DNA from: Candidatus Omnitrophota bacterium
GTDB lineage: Bacteria > Omnitrophota > Gorgyraeia > JABMRG01
NCBI GenBank assembly: GCA_028716165.1
Contig: JAQUQI010000001.1
Coordinates: forward strand, 50,458 to 114,457
Reading direction: 5' to 3'
Length of the DNA: 64,000 nucleotides
Of this stretch, positions 41,706 through 51,482 are shown piece by piece. The translations under genes and the position numbers were made by a program. The notes under the pieces were generated by a model. That model made no database searches and was not told the origin of the DNA. It was given only the letters and a program-made list of their open reading frames with translations. Numbering within the stretch: the first letter of the stretch is position 1; every line of letters begins with the position of its first letter.

Positions 41706-43135
41706 ACAATATTTCCCACAAGAGTATTATCCTGGACGCCTGTTATTTTAACATCAAATATCTTTCCTATCAAAGATTTATCCGCCTTGCAGACTATTTG
41801 ATAATTTTTCATTGTCCGGGCCTTTATATAATAATCCTGCGCGCAAGCCAAACTATCGGGCGGCCTTTTAGCCGGCGAAAGCCCCAAAACGCTTTCAACG
41901 TTTCCGATAAACCCGACGATGTTTTCCCTCATTTTCCGCGCCTGAAGGTTAAGCAAATCCTGGTTGCGCCGCCTCTTGGCATCTTCGCTGACATCATCTT
42001 GCATCTTAAAAGATTCCGCGAAAGGCCTGGGTGAATATTTGAATATAAAAGCGCCGTCAAAACCTATTCTGTCCATAATATCGCGCGTATGCCCAAAGTC
42101 TTCTTCGGTTTCAGAGGGAAAGCCGACAATGATATCTGTCGTGATCGCGCATTCAGGCGCTATCTTTCTCATATCATCTACGAGCTTTTGATAATGCTTT
42201 GAACTATAGCCTCTGTTCATAAGCTTTAATATCCTGTCAGAACCCGACTGCAGGGGCAGATGCAGATGCTGGCAAACCTTATCAAGGCCTGCTATGGCCT
42301 TAAAAAGCTCAAGGTTGGCATCTTTAGGATGAGATGTCATAAACCTTATTCTCTCAAGCCCCGAAATCCTGTTTACCGATTGGAGCAATTTCACAAAATC
42401 ATTCTTGCCGCCTAATAAGGCCCTGCCCGAAGATTTGTAGGAATTCACGTTTTGGCCTAAAAGTGTTACTTCTTTAATACCCCTGTCAACAAGGTATTTT
42501 ATCTCTTCAATTACGCATCCGCGCGGGCGGCTTACTTCTCTGCCCCTTACATAAGGCACAATGCAATACGAACAAAAATTATTACAGCCATAGCTGATAT
42601 TGACGAATGAGCTGACATTATTTTCTCTATATAAATATAATGACTCGGCAGAGCCTTTTAAACCCTTCTCCCTGTCCAAAGGCCTACTTTCTTTTGAAAC
42701 AGAACAAATATGGCGCTTGCCGGAAGAAACCTTTTCAACCAAAGCGGGTATATCATAGATATTGGAAGGCCCGCAGACAAAGTCAACATGCTCAAGCCTT
42801 TTAAATACGTCCTTGCCATAGGCCTTGCCCATACAGCCTGCAAGCCCTATAATAATATCTCTATCAGGCATATCCTGCGCCAGGCCTGCTTTATTTGCCG
42901 GGCATTTACTACTTTCCTTGACCTTGAGGCGCTTCAGCTCGCTTAGCTTGCCCCAAACCCTGTCCTCGGCGTGCTTTCTAACAGCGCAGGTATTAAATAT
43001 TATGATATCCGCATCCTCGTATGACTGGGCAGGGACATAGCCTTTTCGTATCATCAGGCTATAAATGATCTCCGAATCCCGCTCATTCATCTGGCATCCG
43101 AACGTCTTTATATACACTCGTTTTAATTTATCCAT
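41702..43135 (-). CDS. miaB: tRNA-2-methylthio-N6-dimethylallyladenosine synthase
   Basis: N-terminal MTTase cluster (KTFGCQMNERDSE), radical-SAM CNNFCSYC cluster, and TRAM-like C-terminus. Confidence 0.9.
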   Translation of the reverse strand: MDKLKRVYIKTFGCQMNERDSEIIYSLMIRKGYVPAQSYEDADIIIFNTCAVRKHAEDRVWGKLSELKRLKVKESSKCPANKAGLAQDMPDRDIIIGLAGCMGKAYGKDVFKRLEHVDFVCGPSNIYDIPALVEKVSSGKRHICSVSKESRPLDREKGLKGSAESLYLYRENNVSSFVNISYGCNNFCSYCIVPYVRGREVSRPRGCVIEEIKYLVDRGIKEVTLLGQNVNSYKSSGRALLGGKNDFVKLLQSVNRISGLERIRFMTSHPKDANLELFKAIAGLDKVCQHLHLPLQSGSDRILKLMNRGYSSKHYQKLVDDMRKIAPECAITTDIIVGFPSETEEDFGHTRDIMDRIGFDGAFIFKYSPRPFAESFKMQDDVSEDAKRRRNQDLLNLQARKMRENIVGFIGNVESVLGLSPAKRPPDSLACAQDYYIKARTMKNYQIVCKADKSLIGKIFDVKITGVQDNTLVGNIV

Positions 43136-43212
43136 AACATGGATACTCCGTTAGAGTTATGCGTAATTTTCACACAACTGAATTTATCCACAGAACCGTA
43201 CGTTAGTGAGAC

Positions 43213-43909
43213 TTATAAATCCAAGTCAACAATAACCAGCATATGATCACCATATCTTAACCACTCTGAATTTCTACCTATTTTCATATGGCTAGCTTTT
43301 TTTGCGATACCCCTATCCGCAAAGATGTAATCTATATGGTATGGCTTATTCTTATTTCTTTGCAAATACAAAGTGGATCTCGTCTCCTTGCCCTGCTTTT
43401 CGTCGAAATATTCATGGTATAAGCTTTTAATCCCTAATTCTTTCAATTCTCTAACTACATCTGAATGATTCCACCATCTATCCCACTTATCCCAGATAAC
43501 ATTGCTATTAAAATCACCAGCAATGACGGCTTTTTTTAATTTTCTTTTATGTAGCTGAAGATATTTCCAAAACTGGCCTATATAGCCAAATGTTGGAGAA
43601 TTTGCGCCGTGACACCACACTCCAACAAGATTAAATGAACCGTTCACCCTACAGGGTATAAAATATTTTAGCCCCTTATTGTCCCAACCTAATTGTTCTA
43701 TCTTTATGTCCTCTTTAGCAAAAATGCCTAACCCTTTATTCTGGTTTTCCCCTGTCCAAATGTAATTATTAGCCCACCCTCTGAAATCATCATCCTTATT
43801 CTTTGCTGGGTTTTCACACTCCTGAATTACAACAATATCGGCTTTTATTTTTTTAAATATACAAATTTTTTCTTAACGCGCCGTTACAATTCCAAGTGAT
43901 TATTCTCAT
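43213..43909 (-). pseudogene. endonuclease/exonuclease/phosphatase (EEP) family gene disrupted by a frameshift in a T6/A6 run
   Basis: ATG at 43909 gives MRIITWNCNGALRKNLYI then a stop. A different frame continues FKKIKADIVVIQECENP...GDHMLVIVDLDL. Removing one base from the homopolymer at 43866-43871 restores a full EEP ORF. Confidence 0.6.
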
Positions 43910-44092
43910 TTAAAACCTTTGCCACTATTCACGTTCGGTTCCTTCTTTGCCCAGTATCATAACTCATTTTTCTGCAAACAATTAACCCTTATCGTACCAA
44001 TCTCTCAACGAGTGTATAATCCGAGTGTAGCAATTTGTCCATCTGGCAGCCCAGAGTCCGTATAAAAACTTTCTTCACATTATTTATCCTAT

Positions 44093-44214
44093 TAAACCCC
44101 TTCCAATACGATAGCATTCATTTTTGTTGCTTTTTCACGTAATGGCGCGATCGCACGATACTCATCTGAATCCCACCAAGCTTGGAATCTATCCATAGAA
44201 TCGAACTCTACCAT
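44093..44214 (-). pseudogene. possible C-terminal remnant of a DUF1330-like gene
   Basis: 40-codon ORF (MVEFDSMDRFQAWWDSDEYRAIAPLREKATKMNAIVLEGV). It is cut off at its 5' side by repeat copy 1. The family assignment is from memory only. Confidence 0.2.
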
Positions 44215-44216
44215 GA

Positions 44217-44334
44217 TAACATACGTAGACGTCCTATTTGGTAACACCCTACATATAGCGGGGCGCTAAAAGTAAAAAGTTTTTTATATCCATTTGGCAG
44301 GGTGTAACTAAATAGGACGCCTGCTGATACCTAC
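44217..44334. repeat. copy 1 of a ~118-bp repeat with ~26-bp terminal inverted repeats (MITE-like)
   Basis: Near-identical copies at 58036-58152, 59220-59335 and 63213-63337. Termini are GTAGACGTCCTATTTGGTAACACCCT and AGGGTGTAACTAAATAGGACGCCTGC. Confidence 0.85.
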
Positions 44335-44452
44335 TTGAATACCTCAAGACCTTCGCGCTTAGTAAATGATTCAAGATATTCTCTCTGCACCTCAAGAGAA
44401 TATCCCTCTTTGGCTTGATCTTTTGTTGGTACCCGAATATAGAAGGCAATTT

Positions 44453-45052
44453 TCATTTGTTAGATTCTCTTTCCTTTGCTTTAAGCAACCGTTCTCTTGC
44501 TTTTGCAAAAATCTCTAATAATTTTGGTTGCATACCACTATTGAAAGTTCCACGCATATTAAAATGTCCATTAATTTCATTTACCATGGACTCGTATATT
44601 AATTTCTCAGCATCTTTCCATTCTTCAAAGCTAAAATAACTTGGGATTTTACCAGTTTCTGTATGATAGGCAGTTATCCACTCCCGTGTATTTTTTCCTC
44701 CAGAAAATTTTAAAGTTCTATCTATACTTTCTAAATAACGAGTAATATATAAATAATACTCATTTGGTGTTAATAAGCCTTTCTTTTCTTTTTCTTTTAA
44801 TTCCTTAAGGTCTTTGGACATCTCTGTTTGTCCTTGCAGTGTTTGATCTTGATATAATTCATTTCTGAAATCTTTATAATCTGTCGCCTTTTTCTCTCTC
44901 CAACCATACCATCCTTGGAATATTAAGCATAAGAAGATTATGGCAAATAACCCGATCTTAAATTCTTTAGTAATGCGATGTTCAGGAACAAAGCTGATAG
45001 CAGCACTGATTAGAGCAACAACAGCTATTGAAATAAAAAATGTCTTATCCAT
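44453..45052 (-). CDS. hypothetical membrane-anchored protein
   Basis: 199-aa ORF with two N-terminal hydrophobic segments and a charged coiled-coil-like C-terminus. No motif recognised. Confidence 0.4.
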   Translation of the reverse strand: MDKTFFISIAVVALISAAISFVPEHRITKEFKIGLFAIIFLCLIFQGWYGWREKKATDYKDFRNELYQDQTLQGQTEMSKDLKELKEKEKKGLLTPNEYYLYITRYLESIDRTLKFSGGKNTREWITAYHTETGKIPSYFSFEEWKDAEKLIYESMVNEINGHFNMRGTFNSGMQPKLLEIFAKARERLLKAKERESNK

Positions 45053-45058
45053 TTTAAA

Positions 45059-45247
45059 TTACTCCTTTAATTCACCACGCCACTTTTCAATATTTTTAAT
45101 ATCTTCTTTAGTAAAGACTGGATAATTGCGGTAATCACGTTTAGGTTTAACCCACCCCTTCTCTATCCAATTATAAAGAGTCTGACGGGTAATACCTAAT
45201 TCCCTTGCGGCATGAGTGATGTTATATATCTTATTCATAATGAGCAT
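45059..45247 (-). CDS. small helix-turn-helix DNA-binding protein (excisionase/AlpA- or MerR-like)
   Basis: 62 aa with ITHAARELGITRQTLYNWIEKGW, a typical excisionase-type HTH. Adjacent to repeat A. Confidence 0.5.
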   Translation of the reverse strand: MLIMNKIYNITHAARELGITRQTLYNWIEKGWVKPKRDYRNYPVFTKEDIKNIEKWRGELKE

Positions 45248-45299
45248 ATTTTACAGTATTAGACATTAATAGTCAATCTAAACTTTAGGTGGGAATAAA

Positions 45300-46010
45300 T
45301 TGGCTCGTAGCGCAAGGAGCGGAAACCGAAGGTTAACGCCTGAGCAACGAGACAATTTTTCGGGTGGGTGGGGGTTTCTCTTTCCACTGCTTTTTACTGG
45401 CAATTAGGGAATTGACAGACGGATTGCGAGCCGTGCGGGCGAGCAAGACGGAAAACATCAAAATCGCCCCCGCCATCGGCGGGGCATTACCCCCAAAAAG
45501 AATTTCTTTTTCTTTCTTTGCCCTCTTTAATTTTTTATTTTCGGAAACAGAAAAGAAACTGCAAGGCCAAAAAAATCAAAAAGGTTATAAAAATATGTCA
45601 AAAAAAATCTACATCCACACCTTCGGCTGACCCTTGGTTTGTTCTTTACAAGTTGGCTAAACCGTTCTTTTTCACGGCTTTTCAGGTTGAGTTGGCTGAA
45701 TAATGCACCGCCCGCTTCCGCCTCCTGAACGTCGGCTCCAGCGGGCTGCGTGGGTGGTGTTGGCACCGTTCGCCCCGCCTTGGGACGTGGCTCACTTGGC
45801 GGCCGCCTAGGCCGGCGGTCTTCGTGGTTGTGCAAGAGTACGATTCGGCTTTCCGTGTTTGGCGGATTTTGGACGGCGGCGAAAAATTTATAAAATGTGT
45901 TTTTGCTCTTCTTTAAGGGTGGGTGAGGCAAACGCACAAAGGGCGATGCGTAAATCCGAAGGATTAAAGCCGCCCGATTGCAATTGCCGAGGGAGGGAAA
46001 TTAGTACTAT
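45300..46010. repeat. mosaic repeat A (~0.7 kb, non-coding)
   Basis: 45620-45712 and 45801-45868 match the reverse complement of 57174-57279 and 57001-57152. 45895-45936 and 45307-45330 match 56595-56639 and 56981-57010 in direct orientation. Confidence 0.8.
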
Positions 46011-46031
46011 GTCCCCTGATTTAATGTTTTC

Positions 46032-46895
46032 TTATGTTTGTTTCTCTGGCTTATGGACTAAAATTCTATCTCCAGCAAACATTACTTCTTCTGGCTGGCC
46101 ACGAATAACTGCAATTGCATACCATTTCCATTCGCTTTCAACTCCGGCCAGTTTTCTTCTACCTTTCATTTTACTTCCGTATATAGTCCAACCTGAAGTT
46201 TCTAATTCACCCACCATATCAGAGACACGACTTGTAGCTTTCATTTGGCCAGGAATATCTATGTCATCCCAGATATCGCACCAATCTCGCAATTCTTGAA
46301 GGAAACCACCGACAAGATCGATTTCTGCATCATTATTAGGCTCGTCATTAAATGAATAAGAAAAATGACAGCTGGTTACAACATCAATAACTTCTCGGCC
46401 GGTGGTCAACCGTGGCATTACGGTTATTCGCTTTTGCCACGCTTCAATTATCCCGGGTTTTATTACTTCAATCAACTTTGCTAAAACAACATAGATACCC
46501 TCTTCCCATCTCCCTGCTATTCGATCTGCCAAAGTAGGCGAAAAAGATCTAATTTGCTTTGCGTCCATCTTAACCCAAATAGGGAGAATTACCTTCTCTC
46601 CATCTACTTCCCTTTGTGCCAACCCATCAAGTTCAAGCTTCGTATAGTGCTTATCAAAAAAAGCCGGGGACAAAACTGCAATACCGTAGCGGCTTTTCTT
46701 CAACCCTTCATCTATTTTATGTCGAAGGCTATCTCCAATTTTTAAATCAAACTGATCAAACCATACGCTTATTCCTAAAGAAGACAATAGCTGAGCAAGT
46801 GGTTTTGCAACTACCTCCCGATCTTCCGAGGCATATGAAATAAATACATCTTTCTCTACTGTAGAAGAATTATTCATTAAGCAATCCCATCTCAA
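46032..46895 (-). CDS. TIR-domain protein with uncharacterised C-terminal domain
   Basis: N-terminal TIR signature DVFISYASEDRE...SVWFD...GDSL...IAVLSP.F. It overlaps the 3' end of gajB by 26 nt, suggesting one operon. Confidence 0.65.
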   Translation of the reverse strand: MRWDCLMNNSSTVEKDVFISYASEDREVVAKPLAQLLSSLGISVWFDQFDLKIGDSLRHKIDEGLKKSRYGIAVLSPAFFDKHYTKLELDGLAQREVDGEKVILPIWVKMDAKQIRSFSPTLADRIAGRWEEGIYVVLAKLIEVIKPGIIEAWQKRITVMPRLTTGREVIDVVTSCHFSYSFNDEPNNDAEIDLVGGFLQELRDWCDIWDDIDIPGQMKATSRVSDMVGELETSGWTIYGSKMKGRRKLAGVESEWKWYAIAVIRGQPEEVMFAGDRILVHKPEKQT

Positions 46896-48816
46896 TCAAA
46901 AATCTTGAAGGCGTTTTACTCCATCCTCGATATTTTTCAGAATAGCTAAGTGTTAAACTTTTTATTGCCCGCGTAATCGCGACAAAGCAATTCCTCCGCT
47001 CTTCTTCCATTTCAGGACTCTTCTCGCCTTTTTGTTTACTCTGAAAAGATGGCAACTCATCTTCAACTAGACCAATCAAATATACATGATCAAATTCTTT
47101 GCCCTTTGCTCCATGTATTGACATAAGAACTACAGTATCGGGTTTTATCTTTGATTCTTTCGAGTGCAATTGTAATTCTTGCAAAAAGACCTCCAAAGAT
47201 AATTCTGTTCCAAGAGAAGCCGCTATTTCCTTAACAAGATCGTCCCAGACGGCGCGCTCTTCGTCATATCCCGCAAATACTTCTATACCTTGAGCGTTTG
47301 AAGCCACGTCTGGATTTTTTATCAGCTTGTCAAACCAGCTGATTGCATTCTTACAAAATAAACGGAAGTTCTTTTCGCCACCAATGAAGGCGAATACCTC
47401 AGCAATAATCTCTTTGGTTAAAACATCGCTACTCTTCTGCTCAGCAAATCTCATCCAATTTTGCAAGAAACCCAACGTCGAAGATTGCGCTTGCGTTACA
47501 ACTTCATCGGGGTCAATCTCAATGCCAACAAGTTGCTTAAATGCACCACACAAGGAATCTAAACTTGCCTTATCCTGCCGATTACTAGCAAGCCTTAAGA
47601 CCGAATGTAACCATACAAAAGGCGAACTAATAAACTCATCTTTCCTCTGCGCCACAACCGCAGGAATACCTTGATCTTGCAGTCCCTTAAAGGCCCCGTC
47701 TAATAACTTTCTGTTTCTGGCTAAAATAACAACAGATCCAAGCTGATTCGAGTAGCATTTTTTAATATCTTCACCAACGCCTTTTGCTTCTGTTTCAAAT
47801 TCAGGGAAGCGAGACAACAAACGCACCACATCCGCGCACTTACTAATTGGCTTATCTGCTAAAAGTGGTTTCTTCCCCGGAGATCTTAAAAAGTTATTAC
47901 TGATCAAATTATTCGCAATTGAAACAACCTCCGGAGGGCATCGATAATTCGTGGGCAACTGTAAAATTTCAGGGGAATAATCTTGAACAAATTGCTCGAT
48001 TCGCTTATGGCTCGCGCCGTTCCACTGATAAATAATCTGGTCATCATCAGCCACAATAAAAAAGTTTTTGTACTGATCCTCGGATAACGCTCTAATTAAT
48101 TTGTATTGTGCCTCATTTGTATCTTGAAATTCGTCTATGCATATGTAAGGATAAACTGTTCTATAACGTTTGGCAAAAGCCGGGAATTTCGTAAAAAGCC
48201 GGTAGGCCTGGAAAATCAACGAACTAAAATCTAAAGAATTTCGTCTTGATAATGCTTCTTCATAGGCTGGATAAACAACGGCCATGCGTTTTCCGAATTC
48301 CTTATCTCGAAAAACATCAACACACTGAGATGGCTCAATAAGAAACGATTTTAATCTTTGTATAACCGGCAATGTTTTCTTGTCGAGGTCAGATATTATA
48401 TCGCTTGTCTTCTTTGCTTCAGTTACCGCATCATCTAAAACGGCTTGAAGATCATAATCTTGAGAATAAATCTGAAAGTTTGGATTAATCCCTAAATGCA
48501 CTCCATGTTGACGTAATACATCCGCACAAAACGAATGGAATGTTCCTAAAAATAATCTGCTTTCTTGCCCCGGAACAAGATTAGCCACTCTTAAGCGCAT
48601 TTCGTCTGCGGCTTTATTAGTAAAAGTCAGGCCAAGAATTCTAAAATTCTTATCCTGACTTTTATCAAGAATCTTCGCTATACGACAGGTTAAAACTCTC
48701 GTCTTCCCAGACCCGGGGCCTGCAAGCACCAATAATGCCTCATCACCCCACTCAGCGGCTTTCTTCTGAACAAGACTTAATTTCTGCCATGCATTATCCA
48801 AGTCATTATTCGCCAT
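46870..48816 (-). CDS. gajB: UvrD/PcrA-like SF1 helicase (Gabija GajB-like)
   Basis: Walker A AGPGSGKT and helicase motifs (DEFQDTN, YRCPPEV). Immediately downstream of the OLD-family gene. Confidence 0.6.
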   Translation of the reverse strand: MANNDLDNAWQKLSLVQKKAAEWGDEALLVLAGPGSGKTRVLTCRIAKILDKSQDKNFRILGLTFTNKAADEMRLRVANLVPGQESRLFLGTFHSFCADVLRQHGVHLGINPNFQIYSQDYDLQAVLDDAVTEAKKTSDIISDLDKKTLPVIQRLKSFLIEPSQCVDVFRDKEFGKRMAVVYPAYEEALSRRNSLDFSSLIFQAYRLFTKFPAFAKRYRTVYPYICIDEFQDTNEAQYKLIRALSEDQYKNFFIVADDDQIIYQWNGASHKRIEQFVQDYSPEILQLPTNYRCPPEVVSIANNLISNNFLRSPGKKPLLADKPISKCADVVRLLSRFPEFETEAKGVGEDIKKCYSNQLGSVVILARNRKLLDGAFKGLQDQGIPAVVAQRKDEFISSPFVWLHSVLRLASNRQDKASLDSLCGAFKQLVGIEIDPDEVVTQAQSSTLGFLQNWMRFAEQKSSDVLTKEIIAEVFAFIGGEKNFRLFCKNAISWFDKLIKNPDVASNAQGIEVFAGYDEERAVWDDLVKEIAASLGTELSLEVFLQELQLHSKESKIKPDTVVLMSIHGAKGKEFDHVYLIGLVEDELPSFQSKQKGEKSPEMEEERRNCFVAITRAIKSLTLSYSEKYRGWSKTPSRFLIEMGLLNE

Positions 48817-48817
48817 T

Positions 48818-50734
48818 TTATCTCCCCAATGCCATGGAATCTTTTACTAAAGCAGAAAGAAAGTCGGGTACCCGATCTCCCTGCATATTTTTTCCCCGAA
48901 GTTTAGAAATCAACGCGTATGCATAGCCCACTTTATCTTTTCGGATAAGCGCTAATATTTCATTCCCATATTCAGCATCACCGGGCTTATTTTTTAACTT
49001 ATTGCCATTCCCCGTGATGAGCTCCGCATACTCAGCAACAAAACCATTTTTAATTAAGAATTCTTCTAAATCTTTACACGAATTAGGCCACAGCCTAATC
49101 GCGGTCTTAATTTGATCATCGCTGACACCACGATTCTTTACTTCTTTGATCGAATTCTTCCCCTGTTCATCGGTATCACACAGCATTAACCACGGAAAGG
49201 CAAATATTCGTGCTAACCCTACAAACAAACCAGCCGATCCATTATTTCTGTAATCAATTAAAGCAATGCCGTTGCAATCGAAAGACTGACCTAAAACTTC
49301 CGAGAAATAACGTACTATTGGATATTCTGATTGCCCTTCGCATAGAAGCCATGCCCGAGCAAAAAGAATTTCGCCTCTGATCCGCTTGACACATGTTTCT
49401 AACTTAATGAGATCTTGATCTGTTAAATGCAGACATGACTCCTCATATAAACTTTTGAGGTTTCCATGCAAATCAGTTTCGCCAGAATACATTGTTAAAA
49501 GCGACCGATATTCACTCTCTTCCATTTTCCCATTCAACGTTAATATCGATGTGGTCGAATCATAATGATACTTGGCAGATGATTGAGAACAAAAATTTTC
49601 TAATCCATCTTTGACCGGAAGCTTCACTGAAAATGAACGTTTAATACAATAAACATTAGATGCATTGTCGCCTCTCCTGAACAATCTAATGTCTTGGAAA
49701 GGAATTTCTTGAATAAAGTGGGGCGAATGAGAGGATATTATTTTTTGTGTCTTCAATTCGCATAAATTAGCGGCAAGCGCACGAATAGCTTGCGGATGCA
49801 AATGCGCCTCTGGCTCTTCCAATGTCAAAATAGCCTCTGTTTCTGATTCAAATGATGGCTTCAAAAGAATTTCAATATAAGCATAAAAAAGAAATAATAC
49901 AGTTAGACTTTGAATTCCTTGGCCATGACGGAGTAAAGGAATATCAATATCACTGCCCTTGGGCTTAATAACTACCTCTGATTTCGACATCAAATCCCAA
50001 GGCTTTAAAGGCACCGCCTGAATTGATGTATTACTGCCATCTCCAAAAGCCATAATTTTTTGGGCATTAGCAAAAGACGATCTAAATTTCTCAAGTCGAG
50101 GATCTGCCTTTAATAGATCCTTATTAATTTTCAGCAGATCTTCTCCGAGCGTTCTTCGCTGTTCATCACTAATCTTTAAATCTTTAAGAAATTTTCCCCA
50201 GTACTGCGACCTGACGGAAAACTCCTCGTCAGCATCCCGCAAAGCAGATAATGCGAATATTCGGATATAAGTTAAGAAGGCGGTAACATTACTGGCTTTT
50301 ACCTTTAAGACTTGTCCATCGATAGACAAAAATTCCACTCGGGGAGTGATAGTTTTGGTGACGGTGTCAGCTTTACTAGATAATCGTATACCGATAGAAT
50401 CGATATCTTTTATTGGATCCGTCTGGATAATGTCCTGAAGCGATTGAGATAACGATTCCGGCCATTCATCAGACTTGTCCTCGCGAAACCATAGCTCTAT
50501 TTCAATGCCTTCACTTGATAAAGGAGAATCCCCTGCTTTTGACATATAATAATCGTATTCATCGAATACAACGTTTTTCCCGTAAGAAGCCCGAGTCAAT
50601 ACGATTCGAATAGCCTCCAATAAAGCAGTTTTGCCGCTATTATTTTCTCCAATCAGAACGCAAGTGTCCGTAACGGACATCCGCATATCCTTAAGGCATC
50701 TAAAATTTTTTATAAAAATCTCTCTGAGTTTCAC
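48818..50734 (-). CDS. gajA: OLD-family ABC ATPase with C-terminal TOPRIM nuclease domain (Gabija GajA-like)
   Basis: N-terminus MKLREIFIKNFRCL...GENNSGKT is an OLD/RecF-like ATPase. The C-terminal Toprim has a glutamate in LLCEGQSE and a DTDEQG motif. 638 aa. Confidence 0.6.
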   Translation of the reverse strand: MKLREIFIKNFRCLKDMRMSVTDTCVLIGENNSGKTALLEAIRIVLTRASYGKNVVFDEYDYYMSKAGDSPLSSEGIEIELWFREDKSDEWPESLSQSLQDIIQTDPIKDIDSIGIRLSSKADTVTKTITPRVEFLSIDGQVLKVKASNVTAFLTYIRIFALSALRDADEEFSVRSQYWGKFLKDLKISDEQRRTLGEDLLKINKDLLKADPRLEKFRSSFANAQKIMAFGDGSNTSIQAVPLKPWDLMSKSEVVIKPKGSDIDIPLLRHGQGIQSLTVLFLFYAYIEILLKPSFESETEAILTLEEPEAHLHPQAIRALAANLCELKTQKIISSHSPHFIQEIPFQDIRLFRRGDNASNVYCIKRSFSVKLPVKDGLENFCSQSSAKYHYDSTTSILTLNGKMEESEYRSLLTMYSGETDLHGNLKSLYEESCLHLTDQDLIKLETCVKRIRGEILFARAWLLCEGQSEYPIVRYFSEVLGQSFDCNGIALIDYRNNGSAGLFVGLARIFAFPWLMLCDTDEQGKNSIKEVKNRGVSDDQIKTAIRLWPNSCKDLEEFLIKNGFVAEYAELITGNGNKLKNKPGDAEYGNEILALIRKDKVGYAYALISKLRGKNMQGDRVPDFLSALVKDSMALGR

Positions 50735-50776
50735 TGCTAATCCTCTTTAATACGGAGGTGATTCCTTTTCCCTAAT

Positions 50777-51304
50777 CTACACCGCCTCAAATACTCTTAT
50801 CTTATTCCGTACTTCTTCGAACATAACGTATTCGGGCCCCTTTGCCGTATCCCAATCGATTCCCTTATTCTTAAACCTTGGATCTGCACCTATCTCTATG
50901 TACATTTGATGATTACTTAGTTTGAACAAGACTTTACTTGCTTTTTCCAACAAAAAGAGATTCCGCGCAATTTCTTGAGTTTGCAATTTGTGCGCAATAT
51001 TGTGCGCTAAATCATTGCGATGTTCCCTCAATTCCTGAATAATCGAAACGTCATCAGAATCTATAATCTTCATAAAATCACGTAAATATAAAAGACAAGC
51101 TTCAAACTCATTCTTATGCCGAATTAAAACATCGTCTTCGTAAGACTTAAACGGCCCCCCTTCAGAAAACGTCATGTGCCAATAGAACGTTTTAATTGGC
51201 TTTACGATGAGACTTTTAACTAGTTCGAACGCAACTAAGATCAACCCAGCATAAGCGAGTGTTTGTGTAATCTCTCCATTTGTCAAATCACTAATTTTAT
51301 TCAT
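50777..51304 (-). CDS. hypothetical protein with N-terminal TM helix and HEPN-like Rx4H motif
   Basis: 175 aa with EHRNDLAHN. Sits between res and gajA. Confidence 0.35.
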   Translation of the reverse strand: MNKISDLTNGEITQTLAYAGLILVAFELVKSLIVKPIKTFYWHMTFSEGGPFKSYEDDVLIRHKNEFEACLLYLRDFMKIIDSDDVSIIQELREHRNDLAHNIAHKLQTQEIARNLFLLEKASKVLFKLSNHQMYIEIGADPRFKNKGIDWDTAKGPEYVMFEEVRNKIRVFEAV

Positions 51305-51482
51305 CGTTACTTTTATCTATCATCCTTCCGGAATTTCTTCTCGCATTTTGGACATTCGACTTCGTTATCGAAAAACAGGCTGCACGGCACATCGGCGCCG
51401 CAGTGCGGGCATTTCACGACGTCTGCGCCCATGGTGAAATCGTAGCCTAGAAACTCATTGAACGAATCATCGCCGGGCATTG

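Noticed and set aside
44217-44334. Interpretation of the 118-bp repeats as integron attC sites
   Set aside because: No RYYYAAC / GTTRRRY core or inverse-core pairs at the ends. No intI nearby. The elements sit 5' of genes rather than following cassette ORFs in attC fashion.
44249-44449. 66-aa minus-strand ORF
   Set aside because: It is encoded almost entirely within repeat copy 1 and its flank, so it is a by-product of the repeat sequence.
45527-45937. 136-aa Pro/Arg-rich minus-strand ORF inside repeat A
   Set aside because: It lies within a GC-rich repeat that is duplicated in inverted and direct orientation. Its low-complexity composition is typical of GC-rich non-coding DNA.
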